Shown one piece after another: positions 39,430 through 49,682 of a stretch of DNA of 64,000 nucleotides. The notes below the pieces were generated by a model. It did not search any database and had not been told where the DNA came from. It saw nothing but the letters and a program-made list of their open reading frames with translations. Position 1 is the stretch's first letter; every line of letters begins with the position of its first letter. The DNA comes from an uncultured Candidatus Saccharibacteria bacterium (lineage in GTDB: Bacteria; Patescibacteriota; Minisyncoccia; Phycocordibacterales; Phycocordibacteraceae), in the NCBI GenBank assembly GCA_964550425.1, contig CAZJZB010000002.1:1626-65625 (forward strand), read 5' to 3'. Made by a program: the position numbers and the translations under genes.

Positions 39430-41337
39430 ATGGAAAAACGAGAAAACGAGATACATAAAAGAACCGTACTTTTTCTCTCCGAGATCGGTCACGTCTCCCA
39501 AGCAGAGAAATTCATAGCAGAGCATCCAGACCTCAAAACAGAGGGGTATATGATTGTGGCGCTTGATATTACTATCGAGTGGGAGCTCGCCCGCAAAGGG
39601 GTGCCCTACTCCTCGGGGAGAGAGTATCGCACCCATGACGCGAGCCCTCTGACTCTATCGGAAGAGTGGGTAACTGCTCTTTTTAAAGATACGAGATGGC
39701 AGTTCTTTTCGTATCGGGGAGTGTCGCTCTTGCGAGTGTATTTTTTCTCCCTCCAAACATATCTCACTCCGCTCCTTTATTACATAGATATTGTAACAAA
39801 TGTTCTCGCGCGGCATCCTTCCGTAACGCGTTGCATTGTGTTCCCCCCGCTTCGTTCTGCACCGCCCGCGGGTGACGATTTTATCCCGCAAGAAAAAGAC
39901 GTGCTTATGGACGCTGTTCGTGAGGTCGCCACACAGATAGGTAAAGAACTATTAGTGCCAGGGGGTATTCCCAATTTCGGCGCGCGCAATGGCTCAACAG
40001 TATTTGCATATAAACGTGCACTTTTCAGCGTCTGCATTAGTGTACTCAACATTCTGGTTGCGCTTGTGCGGCCCCCCAAGCACATAACGATCCTCGTAAG
40101 TGATTACTGGAGGAATCTTGCACCCTTACTTCCACATCTAAACGGGGCCGAAGTACTGCTCCTTGGCCGAATGGAGGCATTTAAGGCCGGATTTAAAAAT
40201 ATTTTTACTTACCGCATGCGCTTTCTGCACAGCGACTCGTTTGTTTCTCGGGATCCAACACAGCACAAAGATGTTCACTTTCTTTTTGAGCGCGAGTGGC
40301 GCTCTCTGCAAGCATCGGGTGCGGTACATTTACCAGAGTTTAAGGGAATATCGCTCAACCCTCTTTTCAGCAAGGTGCTTAACGCGTGTATTACGAACGT
40401 TCTCACAAAAACACTTGACACTATCGACAACATGCATGCGCTACTTGCGTCTTATAAACCCGACATAGTCCTCTTGCGCATATCAACGAGTCCTAACCAG
40501 GCACATTTTCCCGTCCTAGCTCAGGTTGCACGCGCACACGGTATACCATCGATTGAGATACAGCATGGATTGGGATATTACGGTCCCGGATCGTTAGATC
40601 TGCGGCATCTCGCCGAATACACGGGGGTCTATGGAACGCTCACTGCTCGCGAGATGAAACAGGTTGGGGATGACTATACAACACCAGTCATTATCGGCTC
40701 GCCGCGTTTTGATATATATACTCCCGTACCCCGCGCATCAGAAGAGAGAGATTCTCAAAGCACTGTATCGGTTGTCGTTATTGCACCACTGTCGCACCTC
40801 GGCATCTTAGACACATATGACGTTGAAGAGTATTTTCAAGAGGTAGCGTCGGCGCTCGAAAAAGTCAAAAACGTTACAGCTACTATCAAACTCCGTCCAG
40901 GATCAGGGGGAGTGTCGTTTTATGAACATATTATTGCAAGTGCTTTTGCGGGAGTGCCCCACCATATCGTGAGCGATGAGCCGCTCGTCGAACTATATAA
41001 AAAAACGGACATTGTGATCTCCGGCTACTCCACTGCCGCACTTGAGGCGCTAGCGTGCGGAAAGCCACTCATATATTTTGCGCTTTCTCCCGGGGAGCAG
41101 ATGATGGGGCTTCATCATTTTTCTCTATATGCAGAGCACCAGGCGATGCGTATTGCCACAACTAAAGAGCACCTTGAGGTGGCGCTTGCGGAGCTTGTGG
41201 CAGACTCACAAAAACGTGCAGAACTTGAGGATGGAGCGAAGGCGTTTATGAAAGAACAGTACCTTTTTGATGGCAAGTCAGGCGAGCGAGCTGCGGCGCT
41301 TATTGAGGTCCTTGCCAAAGGGAAGGGATCTCGTTGA
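39430..41337 (+). CDS. Large GT-B protein, candidate nonulosonate/capsule transferase
   Basis: PSIEIQHG, GSPRFD, STAALEALACGKP, DGKSGER. Confidence 0.6.
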   Translation: MEKRENEIHKRTVLFLSEIGHVSQAEKFIAEHPDLKTEGYMIVALDITIEWELARKGVPYSSGREYRTHDASPLTLSEEWVTALFKDTRWQFFSYRGVSLLRVYFFSLQTYLTPLLYYIDIVTNVLARHPSVTRCIVFPPLRSAPPAGDDFIPQEKDVLMDAVREVATQIGKELLVPGGIPNFGARNGSTVFAYKRALFSVCISVLNILVALVRPPKHITILVSDYWRNLAPLLPHLNGAEVLLLGRMEAFKAGFKNIFTYRMRFLHSDSFVSRDPTQHKDVHFLFEREWRSLQASGAVHLPEFKGISLNPLFSKVLNACITNVLTKTLDTIDNMHALLASYKPDIVLLRISTSPNQAHFPVLAQVARAHGIPSIEIQHGLGYYGPGSLDLRHLAEYTGVYGTLTAREMKQVGDDYTTPVIIGSPRFDIYTPVPRASEERDSQSTVSVVVIAPLSHLGILDTYDVEEYFQEVASALEKVKNVTATIKLRPGSGGVSFYEHIIASAFAGVPHHIVSDEPLVELYKKTDIVISGYSTAALEALACGKPLIYFALSPGEQMMGLHHFSLYAEHQAMRIATTKEHLEVALAELVADSQKRAELEDGAKAFMKEQYLFDGKSGERAAALIEVLAKGKGSR

Positions 41338-41369
41338 GGAATAGAGGGTACTTCGGTACTATGGTGTCT

Positions 41370-41717
41370 ATGAAGGTAACAGGTATAGGAGTTGATGTGG
41401 CCGATATTGCGCGATTTCGGACGTCGAAGATGCGCCGTAACGAGCGGTTCGTTCACAACATTTTTAGCAAAAACGAGCGGGACTACTGTTTTTCCTACCG
41501 CGACCCGGCACCGCATCTGGCGGGCGCCTTTGCGGCCAAAGAGGCGGTTCGCAAGGTCTACGGCGACGAACCGATACTGCTTGCCGATATTGAAGTACGT
41601 CATCGTCCATCAGGGAAGCCAGAGATTTGGATTAACGGCAGGCGTTCGCGCACTTTCCTCATCTCAATCTCACACAATTCCACTATGGCAATTGCAATCG
41701 CTCTCAAGCAATCATGA
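41370..41717 (+). CDS. acpS: Holo-ACP synthase (phosphopantetheinyl transferase)
   Basis: GIGVDV, FAAKEAVRK, GKP, SISH. Confidence 0.92.
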   Translation: MKVTGIGVDVADIARFRTSKMRRNERFVHNIFSKNERDYCFSYRDPAPHLAGAFAAKEAVRKVYGDEPILLADIEVRHRPSGKPEIWINGRRSRTFLISISHNSTMAIAIALKQS

Positions 41718-42751
41718 AAAAATGCATCGTACTTGATCTGGATAACACACTCTGGGGAGGTGTCATTGGTGAAGACGGGTTCGACAACATCGCGCTGTCG
41801 CTCACACCACCCGGCGCGAGCTTCATCGCGTTCCAACAAGCACTTCGAGACCTTCATGACCGGGGAATCATTCTGGCCATTAACAGCAGCAATAATCCTG
41901 ACGATGCGCTACACGTGATACGCAACCACCCGAACATGATTCTCAAAGAGAATCATTTCGCCACACGGCGTATTAATTGGAACGACAAGGTTAAGAATAT
42001 GCGCGAACTTGCCACCGAGCTCAACATCGGCCTCGACTCGATGGTGTTTCTCGATGACAGTCCTCTTAATCGTGAGGCAATGCGTACTTTTTTGCCAGAA
42101 GTGGAGACGCCAGATTTGCCAGTCGACCCTTCAAAATATGTAAAGTTTCTCCATGCACTCCCTTATTTCGAGAATGAAGCCATCACTGACGAAGATAAAA
42201 TGCGTGGAAATTTATATGTTACGGAACGGCTTCGCAAAGAAACAGAGAAGCATTTCGAGAGCCGCGAAGCGTTTCTAAAAAGTTTGGGAATAGAACTCAC
42301 TATGTATGAAGACAATCCTTCATCGCTTGCGCGACTCGCGCAGCTCACCGAGAAGACGAATCAATTCAACGTAAAGAAACGGCCACTCCGTGAGGAAGAA
42401 ATTGAAGCGTACATGCGGGATAAGACACATGCAATATTCCACGCGCGCGCGATTGATCAATTTGGTGATCAGGGAATTATCGCCTTTGCGCTCGTGCGTA
42501 AAGAAAAAGAATTGTGGCATATCGAATCCCTGCTCATGAGTTGTCGAGTCATTGGGCGCAGCATTGAAGATGCTTTTATCGCAGCAATCGCACGAAGAGC
42601 CGAGAGTGAAGACGCTCACGACCTTGGTATCACCTTCGAGCCATCCGAGAAGAATGATCCTGCGCGCATAGCGGTCGAGCGTCTGTTTAAGGGAGCGCTG
42701 CGCGCTCCCGTGGTAGAATTCAAGACACCGGATTGGATCACGCTCGTATGA
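41714..42751 (+). CDS. FkbH-like HAD-IIIC glyceryl-ACP transferase/phosphatase
   Basis: DLDNTLWGGVIGEDG, KTNQFN, LMSCRVIGR. Confidence 0.92.
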   Translation: MKKCIVLDLDNTLWGGVIGEDGFDNIALSLTPPGASFIAFQQALRDLHDRGIILAINSSNNPDDALHVIRNHPNMILKENHFATRRINWNDKVKNMRELATELNIGLDSMVFLDDSPLNREAMRTFLPEVETPDLPVDPSKYVKFLHALPYFENEAITDEDKMRGNLYVTERLRKETEKHFESREAFLKSLGIELTMYEDNPSSLARLAQLTEKTNQFNVKKRPLREEEIEAYMRDKTHAIFHARAIDQFGDQGIIAFALVRKEKELWHIESLLMSCRVIGRSIEDAFIAAIARRAESEDAHDLGITFEPSEKNDPARIAVERLFKGALRAPVVEFKTPDWITLV

Positions 42752-42978
42752 AAGATTTCAACACGCTCGTAGCCGAGCATTTCAAGATAGCGGGAACGGC
42801 GATTAAAGATACCCTCAGTGCAAAGGATATCCCCGAGTGGGATTCCATGAATTATCTACTCTTCATTGCTGATGTTGAAAAAGCGTATGAGGTGTCATTC
42901 AGTATGGACGAAGTACTTGGCGCGCAAACACTTGGAGATATAAAAAAGGTGTTGCGCGCCAAATTAATCAATATATGA
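42748..42978 (+). CDS. Acyl carrier protein
   Basis: WDSM phosphopantetheine site; 76 aa. Confidence 0.88.
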   Translation: MKDFNTLVAEHFKIAGTAIKDTLSAKDIPEWDSMNYLLFIADVEKAYEVSFSMDEVLGAQTLGDIKKVLRAKLINI

Positions 42979-43400
42979 CGCCTGCTGATGACAGATCATT
43001 TATCTCTCTGCAAGTCGGTGACACATCCTCTTTTGAACGTCGTATCTCAGAGGACGATGTACGGGCATTTGCCGTACTTTCCGGCGACTATAACCCACTC
43101 CATATGGACGATGCATATGCTCGTTCCACGCCGTTTGGCGGTAGGGTTGTGCACGGTATGCTTCTCGCGGCTATGATCTCACGTCTGGTCGGAATGCAAT
43201 TGCCGGGGAAGCGGGCTCTCCTAATGAAAGAATCCCTTGAATTTAAAAAGCCGATACGTATCGGGGATATGGTGAAAGTTGAAGGAGCGGTTGTAAACGT
43301 GAGTATCGCGACGCATATCGTTGAGTTAGAGATACACATATATGCAGAGAGCATCATAGTTGTGACAGGGCATGTGCAGGTACAAGTGCGCGATGAATAA
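42975..43400 (+). CDS. MaoC/PhaJ-like (R)-specific dehydratase
   Basis: SGDYNPLH, VVHGML. Confidence 0.9.
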   Translation: MTPADDRSFISLQVGDTSSFERRISEDDVRAFAVLSGDYNPLHMDDAYARSTPFGGRVVHGMLLAAMISRLVGMQLPGKRALLMKESLEFKKPIRIGDMVKVEGAVVNVSIATHIVELEIHIYAESIIVVTGHVQVQVRDE

Positions 43401-44118
43401 CATGAACACAGGCAACCATAGCAAATCTCTGGCGGTCGTTTCAGGCGGTACAGGATACCTCGGTACAGCCATAGCCACAGAACTGAAGAATGCAGGGTGG
43501 AGAGTGGTCTCGCTCTCAAAAAGCGCCTCAAAATCTAACGACGAAGTATATACGTGCGACATTGCGAATGAAAAAGATGTCCGTGAGGCGATAGCGAGCA
43601 TCACGAAAATCCATGGTCCTCTTTCAGCATGTATCCACGCAGCTTCACCGCCCTTAGAACGTATACCAATTCTTTCAGTTCCGACCGCATCGTTTGACGC
43701 GGCTCTTAACACGAATGCCCGTGCAGCGTTCCTTCTTGCGAGGGAGATGGCCGAACATATGGCGGAGAATGCTGTGTTTATTGGCATAACAACACACGCT
43801 ATTGAACCAGGCACGCTACAGCCGCACGGTGCCTATATACCGGCTAAATATGCACTCCGCGGATTTTTGCGGGCACTATCAGCAGAAACGAAAAAGTCCG
43901 GCATCCGCGTCTATGCCGTTGCGCCAGGATTTCTTCCTGGTGGATTGAATAAGGGTATACCCAAAACCATACAGGATTTTTTCGCACGTAAGAGCGGTAC
44001 CGACTCCGAATCACCAAAAGAGATTGCCACTCTCATACGAAGGCTATGCGTTGGCGATACCAAGTTTCCCCCCGGCTCTTCAATAGCTTTCCCCTCTCTC
44101 GTCGCCAGCCCTCTGTAG
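43393..44118 (+). CDS. SDR ketoreductase (FabG-like)
   Basis: SGGTGYLG, YIPAK, VAPG. Confidence 0.85.
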   Translation: MNNMNTGNHSKSLAVVSGGTGYLGTAIATELKNAGWRVVSLSKSASKSNDEVYTCDIANEKDVREAIASITKIHGPLSACIHAASPPLERIPILSVPTASFDAALNTNARAAFLLAREMAEHMAENAVFIGITTHAIEPGTLQPHGAYIPAKYALRGFLRALSAETKKSGIRVYAVAPGFLPGGLNKGIPKTIQDFFARKSGTDSESPKEIATLIRRLCVGDTKFPPGSSIAFPSLVASPL

Positions 44119-44180
44119 GGAGGCGGAACCTTTTGTTTTCTTCGTTGGTTGTAGCTCTGTATGGAAAGAACTGGGGACAC

Positions 44181-44209
44181 TTGCCATAGGTCCATATTTG
44201 TGCGATACT
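44181..44209 (+). promoter_or_regulatory. Putative promoter for pseB
   Basis: TTGCCA-17 nt-GATACT with a TG extension; ATG lies 7 nt downstream. Confidence 0.5.
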
Positions 44210-44216
44210 ATTTCTT

Positions 44217-45239
44217 ATGGGTCTAAAACAGTTGAGCGGCAAGACAGTGCTTATTACCGGAGGCACCGGTTCTTTTGGCAAAAACTTTGCTAAACACATT
44301 CTCGCCAACTCGAAACTTAAAAAGTTGATTATTTTTTCTCGCGATGAATTGAAGCAGTTCCAAATGGAGGCAGAAATAAGTGATAAACGAGTGAGGTTTT
44401 TTATTGGCGATGTACGCGATCTCCCGCGGCTCGAGCGCGCCTTTGACGGGGTTGATGTTGTTATTCATGCCGCAGCGCTTAAACAAGTCCCAGCGCTTGA
44501 ATACAATCCATTTGAAGCGGTTAAGACGAATATTTTGGGAAGTCAAAATGTTATTGAGGCAGCACTTGATCAGCGCGTGCAGAAAGTCGTGCTTGTATCA
44601 ACTGATAAGGCAGCGATGCCAGTCAATCTCTATGGTTCCACCAAGCTCTGCGCAGAGAAACTTTTCATAGCAGGTAATGCCTACAGTGCTACCGGCGAGA
44701 CGTCCTTCAGTGTTGTTCGCTACGGAAATGTCATTGGCAGTCGCGGGAGTATCATCGATAAACTTATCTCCTTAAACAAAAGCGGACCGCATACGGTGCA
44801 CGTTACCGATGAGCGTATGACGCGTTTCTGGATAGACCTTGAGCAATCCTTCCGTATTGTCCTCTTTGCTCTCGAGCATATGGCGGGTGGAGAAATCTTC
44901 ATACCCAAGGCACCTGCGATGAAGATGACCGATCTCTTTGACATTCTTGCGCCCAAAGCCAAGCGCAGCGTCATTGGTATTCGTCCGGGAGAGAAGATCC
45001 ACGAAGTGCTTCTCACGAAGGAGGAGGCACGCCACGCACGAGAATTAAAAGAGTATTTCGTCGTTCTACCGGAGCACGCGAATTCTGAGAGACAACAGAA
45101 AGGTCTCCTCAAGCACCTTAAGAACGGCAAAGCACTTGAATCAGAATTTCATCTAACGAGCGATACCACTGACAATCGTTTGTCGCGCAAGACGCTCCTT
45201 CAGATAGTTGCGAATATGGAGAAGACCATAAAAAATTAA
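44217..45239 (+). CDS. pseB: UDP-GlcNAc 4,6-dehydratase (inverting)
   Basis: TGGTGSFG, SRDELKQ, AALKQVP..EYNPFE, STDKA, RYGNV.GSRGS, RPGEK. Confidence 0.92.
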   Translation: MGLKQLSGKTVLITGGTGSFGKNFAKHILANSKLKKLIIFSRDELKQFQMEAEISDKRVRFFIGDVRDLPRLERAFDGVDVVIHAAALKQVPALEYNPFEAVKTNILGSQNVIEAALDQRVQKVVLVSTDKAAMPVNLYGSTKLCAEKLFIAGNAYSATGETSFSVVRYGNVIGSRGSIIDKLISLNKSGPHTVHVTDERMTRFWIDLEQSFRIVLFALEHMAGGEIFIPKAPAMKMTDLFDILAPKAKRSVIGIRPGEKIHEVLLTKEEARHARELKEYFVVLPEHANSERQQKGLLKHLKNGKALESEFHLTSDTTDNRLSRKTLLQIVANMEKTIKN

Positions 45240-46147
45240 TGGTCCCATACTCTACAGAGGACTTAAACGAGACCGACACTAAGTTGACCATAGCAGTGAA
45301 TGGTTCGCGCGGACTTCTCGGCTATACACTGCTCCGTACGCCAATGACAGGACGCGCTCCTATTGCACTTAGTGCAGACATACGCGACGCACAGGCAGTA
45401 TTCACGGAAATAGAAGCACTCAAGCCACAATTGGTAATTCATACGGCGGCAAAGACGGATGTTGCTGAGTGTGAGCGCAATCCTGAAGAAGCGAGAGCAG
45501 TGAATGTTGAGGGAACAAAAAATGTAGTAGATGCCGCACGCGCCGTTGGTGCACGTCTTATATACATATCAACAGCATCTGTATTTTCTGGGCGTGAAGG
45601 GAATTATAGAGAAAAGGATATTCCAGAGCCAATGAATGTGTATAATACAACAAAACGTGATGGAGAAGCCGCAGTATCGGCATATGAAAAAGGCATGATA
45701 CTTCGACTAAATCTTATAGGGATACATCCAGAGGGTTCGCGCGGAAAGAATTTTATGGAGTGGCTTGTTGATTCCGTCCGTGCGAATAATGATCTGACGT
45801 TATTCAACGACCAGTTTATTAATCCTCTCTCAAATTGGACGGTAGCCGCACGTATCAAAATGATAATTGAAAAAAACGTGCAAGAAAAAATCCTGCACAT
45901 CGGCAGTACAGACCGTTTATCTAAAGCAGAGATAGGGAAGTTGGTACTCGCACGATTCCAAAATTATTGCGGGAACGTAACGGAAAGAAGTATTGATAAC
46001 GTTGTCGACGGAGTAATTCGTCCGAAACAGATGTGGCTCAATGTAGATAAAGTTCTCGGGCATGAAATTACATTGCCAACACTTACAAGTGAGGTAGCGA
46101 CTATTCTTGAAAAATATAAGAAATCCGTGCTACATTCGGGCATATGA
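45239..46147 (+). CDS. RmlD-like NDP-4-keto-sugar reductase with a PseC-like N-terminal 13 aa
   Basis: GSRGLLG, HTAAKTDV, ISTASVF, YNTTK. Confidence 0.8.
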   Translation: MVPYSTEDLNETDTKLTIAVNGSRGLLGYTLLRTPMTGRAPIALSADIRDAQAVFTEIEALKPQLVIHTAAKTDVAECERNPEEARAVNVEGTKNVVDAARAVGARLIYISTASVFSGREGNYREKDIPEPMNVYNTTKRDGEAAVSAYEKGMILRLNLIGIHPEGSRGKNFMEWLVDSVRANNDLTLFNDQFINPLSNWTVAARIKMIIEKNVQEKILHIGSTDRLSKAEIGKLVLARFQNYCGNVTERSIDNVVDGVIRPKQMWLNVDKVLGHEITLPTLTSEVATILEKYKKSVLHSGI

Positions 46148-47865
46148 GGAAGAAAAACATTACTATTCTTGGAATTTCTTATAACTCAACGGCTGAAGCG
46201 GCAATAATCAAAAATGGCGTAGTAGTCTGCGCCATAGCCGAGGAACGTCTCAACAGGATAAAAAATTGGTATGGCATACCAAAGCGATCGATTGAGTGGG
46301 TACTCCAAGAAGCGGGTCTTACCATGAGTGATATTGATATAATCGCGACCCACGATGGGACGAATATAGAAGAAGACAGAAAACCTCTGTTTGAACGACA
46401 AGCCGAACTGATACGCGCATCAGAAACGATTGATAGCAAAAGAAAGGAAGCACAACTGAAAATATTGTGGGAGAAGTTCAAGCATGTTGAAGAGGTAATC
46501 CATCATCGACATGTTACGTACATCAAGGAACTAGAGTCATTTGGTCCGCCGGTGTACAGGGTTAGCCATCACACGGCGCATGCCGCAAGTGCGTATTTTA
46601 CGAGCGGGTGGGATAACTGCTATGTGTTAACCGCCGATGGATGGGGTAGTGACATGTCGAACGGATTGTACCAATGTCGCCAGGGCAAGCTGAAGGAAGT
46701 GAGCAATTCATCAATTATAGATTCACTCGGTTATTTTTACGGCAGTATTACCAAACATCTTGGATTCAAGCCACACAGGCACGAAGGCAAGGTGTTAGGA
46801 CTCTCTGGCCATGGCAACCCAAAGAAGTTGGAACTATTTTTTTCTAGAATGATCGGATTTGACCATACACGTAAGTCATTTCGGGGATTTATGGAGAATG
46901 GTTATTATGTACCTATTTTCGACAACCCGTGGCTCGCTGAAGCATTGCGCAACGAATCAAGAGAAGATATTGCGGCTGGAGCCCAACGAGTTCTCGAGGA
47001 TGTGATTCTTGAATATGTTAAAACAATGGTGCCGACGAAGAGTAAATTGTGCCTTGCGGGAGGAATTTTTGCTAACGTGCTACTAAACCAAAAAATCGCA
47101 TTACTACCGAAAATGGCAGAAATTTATGTGTATCCGAATATGGGCGATGGTGGACTTGCAGTGGGGAGCGCATTGTATGCATATTCACAATTAACTTCTC
47201 TGCGTCCAAAAGTTATTGACACCGTATACTGGGGGCCAGAATATTCGGCTAAAGACATAGAAAGTGTTTTGAAAAATAGCAATGTGTTATACAAAAAAAT
47301 TAAGAATATTGAAACGGTTACTGCTCGATTGCTAGCCGATGGACATGTCGTGGCGCGTTTCAACGGGAAAATGGAAAATGGTCCTCGTTCGTTAGGCAAC
47401 CGTTCGGTTCTCTACAGACCTGATGACCCATCGGTAAATGATTGGTTAAATAAAAAATTAAAGCGTACTGAATTTATGCCATTTGCACCGGTAACTCTTG
47501 TTGAACATGCTCGTGAGTGTTACCGAGGATGGAAGAAGTACGCTCGGCCGGCGACTTTCATGACCGTAACCTGTGATTGCACCAGAATTATGAAGAAAAT
47601 GTCTCCTGGAGTGGTGCACGTGGACGGCACGGCAAGACCGCAATATATAAGCCGCTCTCAAAATCAAAGTTGCTATAAGATTCTTAAAGAATTCTACAAA
47701 CGTACCGGGAATCCCAATCTAATCAATACTAGTTTCAATATGCACGAAGAACCGATCGTGTGTTCGCCATACGATGCGGTCAGAGCTTTTCTTGACTCGG
47801 ATCTGCCTTATCTTGCTATTGGAGATTATTTGGTTACTCCTAATGGTGCGGGTAAAAGTGCATGA
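46144..47865 (+). CDS. Carbamoyltransferase, NodU/CmcH family
   Basis: EERLNRIK, HHTAHAASAY, HEGKVLGL, GPRSLGNRS, HVDGTAR, NTSFN. Confidence 0.93.
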   Translation: MRKKNITILGISYNSTAEAAIIKNGVVVCAIAEERLNRIKNWYGIPKRSIEWVLQEAGLTMSDIDIIATHDGTNIEEDRKPLFERQAELIRASETIDSKRKEAQLKILWEKFKHVEEVIHHRHVTYIKELESFGPPVYRVSHHTAHAASAYFTSGWDNCYVLTADGWGSDMSNGLYQCRQGKLKEVSNSSIIDSLGYFYGSITKHLGFKPHRHEGKVLGLSGHGNPKKLELFFSRMIGFDHTRKSFRGFMENGYYVPIFDNPWLAEALRNESREDIAAGAQRVLEDVILEYVKTMVPTKSKLCLAGGIFANVLLNQKIALLPKMAEIYVYPNMGDGGLAVGSALYAYSQLTSLRPKVIDTVYWGPEYSAKDIESVLKNSNVLYKKIKNIETVTARLLADGHVVARFNGKMENGPRSLGNRSVLYRPDDPSVNDWLNKKLKRTEFMPFAPVTLVEHARECYRGWKKYARPATFMTVTCDCTRIMKKMSPGVVHVDGTARPQYISRSQNQSCYKILKEFYKRTGNPNLINTSFNMHEEPIVCSPYDAVRAFLDSDLPYLAIGDYLVTPNGAGKSA

Positions 47866-48545
47866 AAGTCTCTATCATCATTCGTGCATATAATTCCGAA
47901 ACAACACTTGCGCGGGCGATAGAGAGTGCTTTGCATCAGGACTTTCCTAGTGACCAGTATGAAGTGATTGTACTAGACGATGGTTCTACCGATGGCACCC
48001 AAACAGTTGCAAAACGTTTCGAAAAGGATAAACGCATACGCTATATTTTTCAAGAAAACAAAGGGCACATTGCAGCTGCAAACAGGGGATTTAAAGAAAG
48101 CCAAGGACTCTACGTTACCCTACTGGATGCAGACGACGAATTTCTCCCGACGCTACTTTCCACCATGATAGCTGAGTTTGAAAAAGATTCAGAAATTGAT
48201 TTGGTATATTCAGATTACAAAGAAGAATACAATGGTACGGAACGAGGCGTGAGGGTGAAGCATGTGTTAGAGACCACCGGAGCAGGAATCATATATCGTA
48301 AAGACCGTTTGGAAGAAGTCGGATTATGGAACAAGGATCTATTGTTTCCCGAATGCGACCTTATACTTCGTACCTCAAGCAGATGGAAATTCGCCTATGT
48401 ACCCGAACCGCTTTTCATATACCACAGAAGAACGAACAGTTTGACCGGTGATGGTACCTACGAGGAACGAGGAAGAGCGCAACTTATATCGCTACATCCT
48501 GATAAAATTGATGAGATCTCTCACATCCGCTCGTATGCACTATGA
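47862..48545 (+). CDS. Glycosyltransferase family 2
   Basis: VSIII.AYN, DDGSTD, LDADD. Confidence 0.9.
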   Translation: MKVSIIIRAYNSETTLARAIESALHQDFPSDQYEVIVLDDGSTDGTQTVAKRFEKDKRIRYIFQENKGHIAAANRGFKESQGLYVTLLDADDEFLPTLLSTMIAEFEKDSEIDLVYSDYKEEYNGTERGVRVKHVLETTGAGIIYRKDRLEEVGLWNKDLLFPECDLILRTSSRWKFAYVPEPLFIYHRRTNSLTGDGTYEERGRAQLISLHPDKIDEISHIRSYAL

Positions 48546-49678
48546 ATACACGACCATTACTAATTAACGAACGCATTATTGGTGCAGGCCACCCCACATT
48601 TGTTATTGCTGAAATATCGGGCAACCATCATCAGAAGTATGAAGAGGCCGAGACGCTCGTGCATGTAGCGAAGGATGCAGGCGCTGATGCAGTGAAACTT
48701 CAAACCTATACCGCCGATACAATCACACTCAATTCGGATAAAGAATATTTCAGAGTGAGCGGTAAAGATCAGCCGGATACATGGAAGGGAGAAACACTCT
48801 ACAATCTCTATACAACAGCCTATACGCCGTGGGAGTGGCAGCCGAAATTAAAAAAACTTGCTGACGACATCGGCATACTTCTCTTTTCCACTCCCTTTGA
48901 CGATACAGCAGTAGATTTTCTAGAGAAAGAGGTGGAAGTCAGTTTTTACAAAATCGCTTCGTATGAGGCAGTACATATTCCGCTACTGCGAAAAGTGGCC
49001 TCGACGGGGAAGCCGGTTATTATTTCAGTTGGTTTTGCTGACGAAGAAGAAATAGCGCTCGCTATAGAAACACTGAAGAATAATGGAGCGTCGGATGTGG
49101 TGGTTCTGCACTGCGTCACTACTTATTCGGATACGCCAAGATTTTTTAATATGAACCTTACGACTATTGATGACATCAGGAATCGTTTTAGCGTTGAAGC
49201 TGGTTTTTCTGACAATAACGCCGGCATTGTTGCGCCTATCATCGCCGCTGTGGTCCACAAGGCCGTTGCAGTAGAGAAACACATCACGCTCTCACGAGCT
49301 CTGGGAGGACCCGACGCGCGCTTCTCACTTCAGCCCGATGAACTGCGGGAGATGGTTACTCGTATACGGAAGGGCGAGAGAGAAGGAATCGAGGCAGCAC
49401 TTGAGGGTGTCGGGACTATGGCAGATGTTGCGGAAGTAAATGGGGTAGTGAACTATGGCCCGGCTTCACCACAAGAGGCGGAGAATAGAATATTCCGCCC
49501 CTCTATCTGGGTGAAGAAGGATATAAAAAAAGGCGAAACACTGACACTTGAAAATATCCGTGTCGCGCGACCCGCTCACGGGCTCGCACCAAAGTTCTTT
49601 GATGACGTACTTGGTACCGTAGCCACGCGCGATATCGAGGCGGCCACTCCTTTTTCGTGGGATCTAGTGTCTACATAG
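48542..49678 (+). CDS. pseI: Nonulosonic acid synthase (PseI/NeuB family)
   Basis: IAEISGNH, KLQTYTADTIT, TPWEW, EKH, C-terminal SAF domain. Confidence 0.85.
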   Translation: MNTRPLLINERIIGAGHPTFVIAEISGNHHQKYEEAETLVHVAKDAGADAVKLQTYTADTITLNSDKEYFRVSGKDQPDTWKGETLYNLYTTAYTPWEWQPKLKKLADDIGILLFSTPFDDTAVDFLEKEVEVSFYKIASYEAVHIPLLRKVASTGKPVIISVGFADEEEIALAIETLKNNGASDVVVLHCVTTYSDTPRFFNMNLTTIDDIRNRFSVEAGFSDNNAGIVAPIIAAVVHKAVAVEKHITLSRALGGPDARFSLQPDELREMVTRIRKGEREGIEAALEGVGTMADVAEVNGVVNYGPASPQEAENRIFRPSIWVKKDIKKGETLTLENIRVARPAHGLAPKFFDDVLGTVATRDIEAATPFSWDLVST

Positions 49679-49682
49679 AGCT

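Noticed and set aside
41370-44118. Fatty-acid or polyketide synthase cluster
   Set aside because: No ketosynthase or malonyl transferase is present.
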